Source of the DNA: Octopus vulgaris
Lineage: Eukaryota
Direction of reading: 5' to 3'
NCBI GenBank assembly: GCA_951406725.2
Contig: OX597814.1
Span: forward strand, 93,558,001-93,622,000
Length of the DNA stretch: 64,000 bases
The position numbers and the translations under genes are program-made. This document shows, piece by piece, positions 1-12,698 of the stretch. How positions within the stretch are numbered: position 1 is the first letter of the stretch; the number at the start of each line of letters is the position of its first letter. Under the pieces are notes generated by a model. That model was given only the letters and a program-made list of their open reading frames with translations. It made no database searches and was not told where the DNA came from.

Positions 1-645
1 TATAGGATTTCAAAGCAGCTGCTATACGGTGAGCTGTGTACTGGAAAGCCTTGTCATCACAAACCACAAAACGATACTAAGACTGCATAAAAAGCAACCT
101 CAAGGAACTGTGAAGAATTAGCTTCAGAAAGAACTGAGTGAAGAAAGAGTATAAGAGATGATTGTAAAACTTTGAAGAGGGTCGATTTGAGCTCGAAGGC
201 CTAAAGCACTGGCTTCGGAGGGGCTGTCATCAGACCCTCAGTGGGAGCATAAAATGTTGAAAGTGTGAACCGTGTGACCGTGTACTCCTTTCCAAGACTA
301 GGTATGTCAACTATCTGAAGTCTCATGAAAGATCAATTATATGCAATAACTTTCCTCCTAGGCCAGGTGATTCGATGTGAGTAGCATGTGAAATACCTTG
401 CAAGTCAATTTCAAGTCTGAAGAGGCATGGAGGTTCACAAGGTTCATTTCTCACAAAGTGATCCACTCACTCCAATGGAAGTCACGACTTTCGTCACTCA
501 CTGAGGCTTCAAAACATATAGATCTGCAGCGAGACTGAATTGTCATCTACGAGGTCAGAAACAAAATGTCAAAAATGACATTGACAACGAGGAGTAAGCT
601 CAGAGACCACAATGATCTGTAAAGATAAAGCAGTTATAGCACCAT
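1..645 (+). mobile_element. Decayed 3' end of an RTE-clade LINE (RT C-terminus plus about three degenerate C2H2 zinc fingers)
   Basis: Manual translation with frameshifts/stops: RISKQLLYGELCTGKPCHHKP..KRY*DCIKSNLKEL..EELASERTE*RKSIR, then CEPCDRVLLSKTRYVNYLKSH, ACEIPCKSISSLKRH and KTYRSAARLNCHLRG. This matches the RTE RT-tail pattern PKQLLYGEL..GKR..KRYKD. Confidence 0.8.
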
Positions 646-654
646 GCACGCATG

Positions 655-790
<136 letters not shown>

Positions 791-939
791 TGTATAAATA
801 ATTTTATGGACTAATGGGTATATATGAATTAGTGAGTCGAGAAAAGCACGTTCAAAATTTGGGCTACCCGATGTCATGTACGGTTAAGGTATATTTTCGC
901 TGGATCTACGTCCGGAATTCCGCGATGTTAGGTGAGATG

Positions 940-1113
940 ATAATAATTAATGAGGAAAACGGAAGATAGATTTAGCACTAGTCTTTGATGCTGCACAATT
1001 AGATGCACAAAATCCTACCCATAACGGACAGTGGTAAGATGGGCCGAAACGATCGTCGTACTGAATGAAGACTAGTACTAAATCTACCTTCCGTTTCCTC
1101 TATCAATTATTAT
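940..1113. mobile_element. Imperfect inverted-repeat element with decayed hammerhead motif (Penelope pLTR-like)
   Basis: 940-987 is the approximate reverse complement of 1067-1113. GGCC-GAA-ACGATCGT-C at 1042-1057 has a perfectly palindromic stem III; the CUGANGA core is decayed. Confidence 0.55.
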
Positions 1114-1142
1114 TATTATCATTATTATTATTATTACACACA

Positions 1143-1195
<53 letters not shown>

Positions 1196-1965
1196 ACACA
1201 GATACACACACACAAGAACAGGGTGTACGAAACGTCCTGAAAATTGACTGACAAAGCGTCATGCATATCTAAAGAATTCGAATGTTTAGGGTAATAACCT
1301 GGAGAAAAAAGTGATTTGTGAGTTTTCTTAGTTGATCGATAGTTTTACTTTCCACAAAGCATTGGCTGAATGAGGAAGAGAAACCGACAACGAAAGTAAA
1401 CGCTTTCAGTAGATACATAAAAGCCTTATTGATGGTATAGGGATAAAAATATAAAGTATTTGGGTAAGTTTTGTATTTTGTATGCAAAGTTATGTCTCAG
1501 TTTCAAATATTTCGTTTCAATAAAATGATTTTCATACTGCCGGATTTAGACATGTTTGGCAAGTGATTTGATCTAAGATTATAAGTAAAAAGTGAAACAA
1601 TTACAGCCTGGAAGAGTGATGATAACAATTTAAAATACTCATACACTGTCATAGTCACACTTTCTGGTGATTGTACTATATAGCCTGATGCGTCAAAAGG
1701 AATTTCATTCTACATCTACGACCTGGTCATTGACACAGAAATGGCTGATCACATACAAAAATTACTAAAACAATTGCCATCTATATGACGCCAATTTTCA
1801 CATTAATTAGAACGTGGATGGAAAATTTCTGTCGGCACAAATAAAAAAAGAAATCAATCGCAATGGAATGATGATTAATCAATACTGTTTAACCTCACTA
1901 TACTTAGTAATGACTTTAGAGACGAATATATTTGTAAAAGTTTGAAGACCGAGATACGATACACG

Positions 1966-2018
<53 letters not shown>

Positions 2019-2665
2019 TGTTATTGATATAAACAATTTTACATTTTTCATATCAGTTGGCTAAATTCATTTAATGAATTTTGTCCACTTTCAGTGATAC
2101 AAATCGATATACATACATACATACATACATACATATGTATGTAAAACCACAGGAGTAACTCGTAAATGCGTTTGATTTTGTAGTATGCTTTCGCTAATTG
2201 CTTTAGCTGCATTTGTAATCACGTGCTATAAACCAAAAATATATCGGCAGCAAAGGTATATCTTTTCGTATTTTGAACTAATTCATTTCTTTTATCATTT
2301 GAATTTTATTTTATACGTCCCTTAGACTCTCTCTCTCTCTCTCCCAAACATGCATATACACACGCCTATATATGGAAATCTCACGTCACAACATTGAATT
2401 ACTACCAAAGTCCCTTTGTGTAGTCAGTCCGGAGTCAAGCTGGTCGACAGCGTTCATCCGACTTCCCGTTATCCCTTATTATCCAGTATCACACAAGTGA
2501 AATACGCTATCTCAATTTGAGATAGGAATTTTATTGTATTATTTATATTCCAGGCAACTAGCTCCCTCACTGCGAACGTCACCAGAATTGACGATAATGG
2601 TACCGTCTTTTAAACTGAAATATTGGAATTCGTGAATAATTATTCTGTTTCCAAATTAGCACTGC

Positions 2666-3278
2666 AGAGGTTTTCAACCAGGGTCCATATAAGATTTTGT
2701 TAAAGTTCATTTGCAATAAATTGGTTATACTTCAGCAATACACAAAGTAGCTTAATAATTATTTTTATTCAATTCCCAATAATATCTTTATATATAAAAG
2801 TGAAGTTGTGTGTCTGTCTCCTACGATTTAGATTCCTAACTACTCCCACATTTTGCGGTGCAGTTTAACCAAAACCGGCTATCTTATAGTCGTGATTCAT
2901 ATCGAGCCCTTCTGGGTATTAGCGCGCGTCTACGATGAGTCTACGATTTAAAAAAAAATTACCATCATTTTTTCGCTATTATATAAGGGAAGTAACTCTC
3001 TAAAAATGTCTACGATGAGTCAACGATTAAAAAAAAAATTACCATCATTTTTTTCCATTTTTAATGCATTTTTTTGCTATTTTTTGGCTATAACTCTCTA
3101 AAAATGCTTATATAGTTATTTCCCTTACAAACCCGAGCAACGCCGGGCGATACTGCTAGTATAATTATGAAAATACAACAGCATTTTTTAAACATCGAAT
3201 GGCTAGGAAGTTTCACCCGAGTTAGACAGGAATCGAGAGAGTCTAGAGGCAAAAAAAAAAAATGTTTGGAAAACACAG
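2666..3278. mobile_element. hAT-like MITE interrupted by a Helitron
   Basis: Starts CAGAGGTTTTCAACC and ends TGTTTGGAAAACACAG (degenerate CAGTGGTTxTCAACC-type termini). Confidence 0.45.
2785..3159 (+). mobile_element. Non-autonomous Helitron
   Basis: 5' TC (TCTTTATATATAAAA) preceded by A; subterminal GC hairpin CCCGAGCAACGCCGGG; 3' CTAG followed by T; no TSD; internal duplication GTCTACGATGAGTC..TTACCATCATTTTTT. Confidence 0.85.
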
Positions 3279-3624
3279 CTCTGCAGCGTTCATAGTGTAC
3301 GGAAAAAAATATGCACTGAGGCTCTTAATTGCATAACCACAGTATTTTTGTATTAGAATTGGATTCCTGGACCCATCAGGTCCCCGGACATCTACGCAGT
3401 GTATCGATTCCTTAGGTCCGCACTACTATCTCGATGTGACGTGCGCCAGTATGACACAAAGTCAAAAATAGATTGTGAACCATTTATCTATATCTTTTAC
3501 CTTCAATTCTTGAATATTAACATTCCATTCCTTCTCACAGTAGACTGAAGAGCAGAAACCTAATTATATGATAAATGAATATTGAACAAATGATAAAGTA
3601 ACCAGTCTCTTTGAACATGTAACA

Positions 3625-3830
3625 TTAGTCGCAATATTTTAAAATTAAATTTCGTGACTGCTGTACAATATTCTCAAGAGGATTTGACAGACTGAATCGG
3701 TTATTGACAACTTTGATTCTTGGCATACTTTTGGCAAATGACTTATCGAGGACTCTTGTACCTAAAGAAGTATAAAAAGTGTTGCTTCCTTTATTCGAGT
3801 AAAAATTTACACTTTGAAATTGTTCAATAT
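3625..3830 (-). CDS. Candidate terminal coding exon of an unidentified gene
   Basis: Minus-strand acceptor TTTATTTCAG (AG at 3832-3831), then 68 open non-repetitive codons to TAA: xIEQFQSVNFYSNKGSNTFYTSLGTRVLDKSFAKSMPRIKVVNNRFSLSNPLENIVQQSRNLILKYCD*. No homology recognised. Confidence 0.3.
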
Positions 3831-3865
3831 CTGAAATAAACGCACACCTATAATAAGTATAGTAA

Positions 3866-3903
<38 letters not shown>

Positions 3904-4624
3904 CAGGTGTGCCTGTGTTTGTAATTTACATTTATGTATGTACATAACGAAAGTGCAAACATTCACACGCCACACATACATTATTAACGTATGTGTCGTG
4001 AACGCGTGTTGAACACATTCATATGGACACACGCAAAAACACGCTCACACTCACAAAGACACACGCAAACACACACAGAGAGACATACACACAAACACAG
4101 ACACACACGCACACATACATGCAGGCATACATACACGCACCACAAAAATTCGCATACAATTAAATTCTATATATTTTACGGCTAAAAGTAGAAAAAGAAG
4201 GTCACTCGAGTATAAATGTCAAACACACAGGAATCCCTTTGTCACAGCTAGTCGCACCGTCAATATACAAAGTTGTACTTATAAAGTTGTGCGTGCGACG
4301 AAATTAATTGTTAGGCCAAAAATACATTACGTAATTTTAGATAAATACTTTAAAAGAAGAGGTGAAATCAGCAAACACGAAAACCTACTTCAAAATGAAA
4401 CTAGGTCGATTTAAGCTTGTATTATTTGTCTAAAGATTGTTGTTTAACTCCACGTGAGCACTAAACAAAAACAAAACAATACAATCATACAACATAACGA
4501 CTTGAAGTAGACCTGGAGTCTAGGATGGCGACGAAAGAACAAGCTTGGTAGATTGATTGTTTGACCGTACAATTAATAAACCGATCGATTAGTTACTTCG
4601 TTATATCTTAACAAACTGGTCGAT

Positions 4625-4828
4625 AATGATTTCAAATTTTGGCACAAGGTTAGCAATTTCGGGAAAGTGGGTAAGACGATTGGATGCACCCCAATGGTAC
4701 GTATTATAGTGACCCAGAAAGGATGAAAGGTAAGGTCGACCACGGCGGAATTTGAACTCAGAACAGGAAGGAAATGCCGCTAAGTATTTCTCTCCTCATG
4801 CTAACGATTCTGTCAGCTTGCCGCCTTG
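4625..4828 (-). mobile_element. tRNA-derived SINE family A (short-tail form)
   Basis: Reverse complement of the GGCGGCGAGCTGGCAGAATCGTTAGC..GAGTTCAAATTCCGCC head (A/B-box-like) shared with many copies in the window. Confidence 0.85.
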
Positions 4829-5664
4829 AACTGACAAATAAAAAGTTCAATAGAACTGGTGCGTGTGTTTATTAGCGACATAATGACCTTCTAAAGGTAG
4901 TGGTCTGTGATCATATGTCATTCATTTATTTATTTTGAGTGTTTCAGTGTATATAAAAATGCGTTATTCGATGATTCTTAGTTTATATAAAGCCAGCTAG
5001 GGGTAATTTAAATGAGATTTGATAGTTATTTCTAGTCAGCAGGTCGAGCAAATGTGATAAGATTCCCTCACCGTGTGTACGTTTTAATTGATAAAATCAC
5101 TGAGAAAAATCAAAATATTTATGTACATATAGTTCAGAATAAAATTTTCGTCCAATTTTCTATAGCCAACATTTTCTCCAGCAGATGGCGTGAATGCGGC
5201 ATCGTTAGAACATTGGGTAAAATACTTGCAGTATTTGTTTTGACTCTTCACCTTTTGAGTTTAAATAGCGTATAGTTCAGCTCAACCTTTAATCCCTCCT
5301 GGGTCACTAAAATAAAGAATCCATCTAATACTGTAATTGATGATAAGAACTAACCCACTCCCTTCAAAACTATTGACCTTGTGCCTAAATCATATTGTTT
5401 GGAGATACGCTCTTTACCTTTCAACGTTCGTCATACGTTTACTGTGTCATAACTGGCCATGTATCATAACCGACATTTTATTCATAACAGGGCAAGTACG
5501 AAACCTAAACATACGGAACTATATATATATACGCACATAATACATAACGCATACAAGCACACTCACGCAGGTACACGTGTACTCATACACGTGTAATTAC
5601 ATAGATATTCTTTCTCCCGCCTTGTGCGTGTGTTTGCGTATACATACATACATACATACATACA

Positions 5665-5764
<100 letters not shown>

Positions 5765-5903
5765 ACCGTTTTACGACCGGCATAATTACCTGTGTTAACC
5801 CTGGGCATACATAAGAAAGCATATTGCGCTCATAAGTTACAGGCGATGACAATGATATACATGAGTTTATTAGGAATCAGATTTAAAGAAAACACAAAAT
5901 GGA

Positions 5904-5972
<69 letters not shown>

Positions 5973-6767
5973 AATACAAGCGTAATACACAAACATATAT
6001 ATATATACATATATATACATACATGCGTGCATACACACACATGTTAAAGGCGCAAAACTTTAGAAACTAAATTTTTATCTCGAGTAGGTCAGTTGATAAG
6101 ACCTATCCCTCTCAAACTTATAGTTAACAGCCAGCCCGGCAAACTAACTAAACACTGGAAAACAATTCGCAAATCATTATCGGAACCCTCCTTTACTTGT
6201 AGTAGTAATCTGTTACAGGGTCATACTTTCTATTTACATCTAATACAACCTCACCGGGTATCATGGAGCGAGTTTATCTGTTAGCTGTCGCTAATATTCA
6301 ATCGATTCTGCGAGATCCGCGCCAGTCAATTACTCTGACATTTGCACATTGCATTTATGCTATAAAGTTCAAATTTAACTGATTACAGCAATTATCATAT
6401 ATGCTGTAGTTTTGTATTGGCGTGATAATTCGTTTATGTTTTGACCTAAATTGTATAGTACAATTCTTGTTTGTTTTTTTATAAGAGGGGTTTCGTTATA
6501 AAATTTTTAGGTCACTGCACACGCTTAGTTTTTTTCATGTAAATTAGATTGGAAGTTAGGATATGATATTAGTCCAGTTTACTGAACTCACTGCAACTGA
6601 AATTGTAACAGAAGATGATTGTTTTTTACACTGCATGTATTGAATATAAATATAATGCCGTAAGATAAAATGCTCTAGTAATTATGTCTCGCTTCAATAC
6701 TTTAGCAGGTAAGGTATATACATACATACATAGACATACATACATATACATACATACACACACACAC

Positions 6768-6804
<37 letters not shown>

Positions 6805-6994
6805 AATAAAAAGTTTTGAATGGTACAACAATGCACTATACTACAGATAATAGGCTATATACCAGCTGTAATTTAGTCATCCATATTCTGATATGATATT
6901 TCGGAATAATATTCCTCCTTCAGATATTCTTAAATATGTATATATGTATGTATATACTTATATACATATCATCTCTCTATCTACACACACACAC

Positions 6995-7027
<33 letters not shown>

Positions 7028-8029
7028 TGTATGTATGTATGTATGTATGTATGTATGTATGTATGTATGTATGTATAACAGGTCAAATTTCCCGATATCA
7101 TAATAACATGTACTTTTGAAACTCCAGGACTCTAGTTTAGAGATTTGAGGAAATGAAATTTCGTAACGGACAGATAAAAACGTAATATTGATTTATTTTG
7201 TCTTGGAACAAGATATCAAATTTATAAGAAACAAGATTCCGAGCTTTTCAGGCTTTTACTACCAGAAGGTGTGAAGCAAAATAATCTTGAACCTGCCCCC
7301 CCCAAAAAAAAAGAGCGAAAAATAAGAGAGAAAAACAAAACAGAAAACGAATTCAGTCGCTTACTCTGATCGCCTGAGGCTTAATGCTACATCTATAAAT
7401 GTTGAACCTTTCTAAACACAACAGAAATATAATTTTTGTATGTTTGAAACAAGTTACTTTACCTCAAATTTCAAGAGTGTTGTCATCAAATAAAACTCCG
7501 GTGTCCTGAAATACAGTTAACTTTAGAATCTCTATTTTATTCGTTATTCAGTACTACTGAAAAATTATTTGGGAAGTTCGATATTGTTATTGCAGTGTGA
7601 AATAGTCGAAACCTGTGTTACCCTTTATCTGTCCACAGTATTTTCAAAGTATTTTGTTAAATGTCCATGTTTGTTTTCAGACTTCAATTTGTTTCATACG
7701 CTCTGCGTAATGTAAAGCTTTCCTTTCATAAGTTTTAAGTTGACCTTGTGGTTGGAAATAGTTAGGAAAATCTCCTGTGCATCAAATGTGATACACAGGA
7801 CAGGCAAAGGGCCATACCGATGTTCTTAGTGGAATAAAGAACAAGGTCTGTAGACTAGACAGGAAAACAAACACCCGGGAAGTACCAACAATTTAAAACT
7901 GATGACTTGTAAATATATATTCGCAATTAAAATTATAGGGTCTTATTTCTATTTATACAAAGCTCGTTATATTTTAAGGTAGGAAAGTGTGAAATGTGAG
8001 TTTTATGTCTTTTGCTGAATTATTAAGGA

Positions 8030-8200
8030 CTTCAGTGATGGAGCTGAGCTGCCACTGTTTATTAAAAGAGCATCTTAGTTTCGTTTTTCGGCAAATCAGA
8101 TTATCCCTTGCCCATCTCTGCTTATTCTGAAATGTCGATTTCCTTTGACGAAGTACAAGGACTTTGTCGAGCCGGACATCCATCTGATGAAAGTCACTCA
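8030..8200 (-). mobile_element. Highly decayed RTE-type RT C-terminal fragment
   Basis: ORF 7974-8216 HQMDVRLDKVLV..KQRWARDNL..KLRCSFNKQWQL loosely follows HVxRMDDxRLPKxLLYG..RWKD.LK.CxI..W. Confidence 0.4.
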
Positions 8201-8549
8201 AGAATGCAATAATCAAGGTCGGGTTCTCACGGAGACTGTCATTAGTTTTTTACTGAATGCTCCAAATTCAGCACTGAACAGACTCCAATTCAGCATTGAA
8301 CACTTAAGAATTATCTTATATTTTGTCAGTTCTCGTCGCCGTCATTGTCGTCATGTATCGTACGTCTGCAAAACATTAATGCCACTACAACAAAAAATTT
8401 TCCGAATAAGCGCGAGTTCACGAGTTACCTTGCCACCCTTGTCCACCCAGCTCTTGCAACTGTTCTTTGACAGCCTCTTGATCTACTGCCCTCTAATCTC
8501 CCTTTTGTGATAATATTTTTCAAACTTGTTTGAGCCTTACAATTATACG

Positions 8550-9050
8550 ACACCACAGCTTTCCTTTGCTACATTGACTACAGAAAGGGCTTTATCTGTG
8601 CAAACTAATGCCACATGAATGCATCATGTCTCATCTCCGTATTCCAAATTACCTCATTAGGCTCATCAAGCAGCTTTATATTCAGCAAAAATCCTGCATT
8701 CTAGTAAATAACGAGAATGCAGAAAAGTTCAAAAATGGAAACGGAGTTTTGGGCGATGTATTCTTTCTTCATGCTTACTCAACATCTACACTTAGTGGAT
8801 AAAGCGAGAAGTAATGAGGAAGATGGCATTAAGATACGTGGCTTGTATATTTCTAATTTGAGATATGATGACAATACTGCTCCACTTGCCAAGACAAAAG
8901 CCGGAATACAAAAAGTGATAAATAGATTCAAGAAGGTGTCATATACGTATGGTCTCTATCTCAACCACCAGTAAAAAGTCATGGTAGTAGGAAACGAAAA
9001 CGTAAATGTTAGCATTAAACTGGGCAGTGAGAGGTACGAACAAGTTGAAT
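8550..9050 (+). mobile_element. RTE/BovB-type LINE reverse transcriptase fragment (pseudogenised)
   Basis: LCYIDYRKGF; IPNYLIRLIKQLY..FKNGNGV; GIKIRGLYISNLRYDDNTAPLA..GLYLN (YADD decayed to YDDN); frameshifted. Confidence 0.9.
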
Positions 9051-9953
9051 TGTCAGTTATATTCTTTTCTAATCATTTGCAGTAATGCACTTTCATCTAC
9101 GAATAGTATCTATTTGCAATTAGTTGTAATGTGAAGTGTCTTTTGTCAGCACATTAACCGTGACATGTAATAGCATGTCTTTCAATTGGCTTCTCCGTAT
9201 GTTATTATAAGTATTTATTTTCAAAAAAGAAATTGTCCCACATCAGCTTCTCATATTTACAGAGAAGAAATCCAAGTCTTTGAGAAAGAAATCGTGCAAT
9301 CATCAAATAATTACTTTACCAGCCTACGAATGTATTATTTACATCTCGTTGATATTAAGTAAACAAATGGTCTACTTCTATAAAATTAACGATGAGGTAA
9401 TATTAATTTCTCAGAATTATCCACGGAGAATGTATTACTAACACAGATATTTATTATCCATGAACATCAGCAATGACAACGACAACAACAGCTAATATAT
9501 CGATTAAATAATTGGCTACATCTCAAAGACTTCCTGTATTTCAATAGTTGGCCTCCGATATCAAAACGACTGGCAGCAAACAATTATTTCTGCCTTCCAG
9601 GCATTCGCAACAATCAAGAAATAATCAGCAATTCAATAAATTCTATCTCTCATTCAGTTAAGTCACTATTTTTTTTTCTCTGTTTTCATTCACTGATAAT
9701 ATCAAATATATTAAAGGAAAGGAGAGGAAAAAAGAAGATGTAAAATGTTTGTTTAAACATACGAGAAAAAAGAAATCACCCGAAAAACTAATAATGTATA
9801 AATGCAATCGAGAAGTGGTTAGTTATTGGTTAAAGAGTAAATAAAAATAAGAATTGTTTTAGAAATGATCGCCTTTCGTGTAATGAGAATGTAAATAATA
9901 CACGCATACATACACACATATGTATGTCTATCTGCATACATACATACATGTAT

Positions 9954-9988
<35 letters not shown>

Positions 9989-9994
9989 TAGGGT

Positions 9995-10176
9995 GTCGCG
10001 AAAGGCCTCGTTGGAGGCCCAACATTCCGAGTTCTTTTACGAGGTCTAGATAAACTGAAGGACCGCTGCAATAAGTGTATGAATCTAAGGGAAATATGTT
10101 GAATAAAAATATAATTAACTGATTCTTTTGTATTTTCTTTAAGCCAAAGCCAGGAACTTTTCTGCAACTCTTCGTG
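9995..10176 (+). mobile_element. mariner-like transposon 3' end
   Basis: RGLDKLKDRCNKCMNLR resembles the mariner transposase C-terminus (GIxKLxxRWxKCI..G.YVE*); followed by TIR-like GCCAGGAACTTTTCTGCAACTCTTCGT. Confidence 0.7.
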
Positions 10177-10347
10177 TGTGTGCATACGCATAGTCATACA
10201 TATACACGCGTCCATACACGTCTATACACACTCGCCCACACAGAGGTACTCACTCGTCCCCATTCACACATACAAACTCACACACACCATTCTCACATAC
10301 ACACAAACGCTTGCGTACCTTAGTTCGTTGGGGTCAGCGTTATCATA

Positions 10348-10392
<45 letters not shown>

Positions 10393-10399
10393 TCCCTTT

Positions 10400-10628
10400 C
10401 ATTCAGCCTCTTTTTTCCAGTCATCTCGCCATGTTGGACTGTTGAACTCTGCACATTTTCTCTCAATTTTTTTTTATTCTCTCTCCATTTCCCCACTCTT
10501 AATCCTTTGTGTCGAAGAGCTCAGGCTCAAAACTTAAAAGACTTTTCCATTTCTCCCGAGCGTTAAACTAATACACCTGCTTGTTGCTCCTACACCTGTC
10601 TTCGTCTTTTGTTTTCTGTAAATTCGAA

Positions 10629-10632
<4 letters not shown>
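10400..10632 (+). mobile_element. Short HHR-bearing repeat (family H1), decayed
   Basis: CTTT-GTGTCGA-A-GAGC-TCAG-GCTC-AAAACTT-A-AAAG followed by GAGCGTTAAACTAATAC; closely similar to reverse complement of 17045-17256; bounded by (TTA)n and (TA)n. Confidence 0.7.
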
Positions 10633-10678
<46 letters not shown>

Positions 10679-10789
10679 TCACACACATACATGTATGCGT
10701 ACGTATATGCAGATATATACTTATAGTTCTGTGTATGCATGCATGTGTGTGTGTGTGTGTATGTGTCGTGATGACGTTCCTGGAGGCGC

Positions 10790-12120
10790 AAGTGATTTCG
10801 GGTCTTTCAAAATCAGACCGCTCTCACTCAATTTACCAGCTGGTCTTCGTACCAGCAGCAACATGCCACTGGCCTGCCTTCTTTATGCGAACTCGATTCG
10901 TATTCTTCTCGCTCGCTTCAGTACCAGAACGTATGCTTCCACTACATCAGTATGACTAACATCAATTGGATCTTTGTTGAGTAAGCGCCTTACAAGTCGG
11001 TCAGCATCGAATTCTACGCTGCTTGACCGGTTCCTATATATTTATAGCAAGCTATATCTAATTAGCCTCTTCTATTTGTTTTTCCTAGGAAACAGTTAGT
11101 TTGGCCTGCTTGGCGGAATCTGAGAAGGGGATTATGTCTAAACGGAAGACAGCTTATATGGAACTTTAGTTAATTCATAAGTTCCACTCTCAGCTGCTAG
11201 TCCAGGGTTGTGCGAAGTAGAGACAATTTAACCTGTGACAATGGACAGCTTCTTTCTACCTTTGAGCAAAAAATAGTTTACTTTTTGTGTAAATGTTTAC
11301 AACAGTGAACAATGACAAACTCCGTAATTACCTTGAACGCCTGGTCACAGTATCAGCGTGGGAATCCATTGGTAAATGTTTTAGGAGAGCAGCTGAAGAA
11401 AACTTTCAGTTAGCAGGAGAAGTTATCTTACTTTTATCTCATGCATGAACGTTTTCCGGTTGGTGGGGTGTTGTAGGCAAAACGAACCAGGAATCTGACA
11501 CCCGCCAGATATCCAACCAAGTGGTCTTTCGCTGCACAATATGTCGCCCCACTTTATCAATGTTCTTTGTTGACTGAGGTTTGCTATTTTGATAACCAGT
11601 ATTTCCTCTACGTCTGCTCGTGCTTCTTATTGAAAGAGATGTTGTATTTTTTGTTACAGTATGGCAACTTAAAAGGTAGTCCAGGTAGCTACTTGTGTGG
11701 GCCTTAATATTAGCAGCTGCTACAATAGGGTGTTTCTGTAATGCTGTAGGGTGTGTCTATTGCTCAAGTTACTATAAATTCATCCGAAATACCGCTGAAA
11801 GAGAAATGTAAGGTGTTAATTAATCTGTGCAGAGCAATACTACTTAGGTTCCTTGGCAAACGAAGACACCATCTTAAATAGCTCCTGATTTTATCTCCCA
11901 GAGTTTCAGAAGTTTGACGTATATTAACAGTAGTTGGGCGGGACAGCGTGCATGTATACACGCAGGCTTTGAAATGATCGGACAACCTTCGTTCGTTTAT
12001 CTTGGTAAGCCAAGTTTCCCTGATGGCAACTGTGTCTCCTTTAGAATACAGTTAAAAAATTTCCCCTAGCTATTTAATGATTGTTCTGTCCATGTTGAGA
12101 AGGTTGGTTTGGTGAAGCGG
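10790..12120 (-). mobile_element. Decayed LINE, apurinic endonuclease and linker region
   Basis: Minus-strand DTVAIRETWLTK (about 12038-12003) resembles the APE motif DIxxxxETWL; downstream segments loosely resemble GDFNAH and ANW; many stops. Confidence 0.5.
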
Positions 12121-12649
12121 TATTTTTACACCAATTTCCTCTTCTTAGTACTTCTTCACTTTGTTAAACATGTCAACTTGTTCTAATAGATTATTTTCTT
12201 TGTATTAGGCATCTCTTTCATAAATATTATGAACCGACTAGGGTGTCTCTTTGCAGCCGCCCGACCCTCTAAAAATGGCAACAAAACTTTATTCAACTCT
12301 CACTCTACTATCGTTCTAAAACGTAAGAACAAAATTGACAATTGGCCATTAATATACAAAAATGAGATTGCCACAGCTTTGATATTAAATTTGATCATGC
12401 AAGGCTTACATGGAACTAAACAATAACAAAAACAACAAACTTAAGTACTAGTAAAGTAGGAAATGAGAGGGCGTGATAATTACCCATTTCAAAAGAACTT
12501 TAACCATCAATGACCTTAATTAAACTCCTTCAACTAGAAGGTGAATTAGATATCGGCAACTCAAACAATAGGATTAAACTTAGGACTGGAAGTTAGTTTT
12601 AATTTCATCGCTGTCATTGATACAACAAATCAATACATCTTACGAGCAG

Positions 12650-12698
12650 GCATCTCACTTGTACATGCATCTCACTTGTACATGCATCTCACTTGTAC
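12650..12698. repeat. 17-bp tandem repeat, about 3 copies (GCATCTCACTTGTACAT)
   Basis: Directly visible. Confidence 0.95.

Noticed and set aside
12650-12698. Short direct repeats as a possible CRISPR-like array
   Set aside because: Contiguous tandem units without spacers, in a eukaryotic context.
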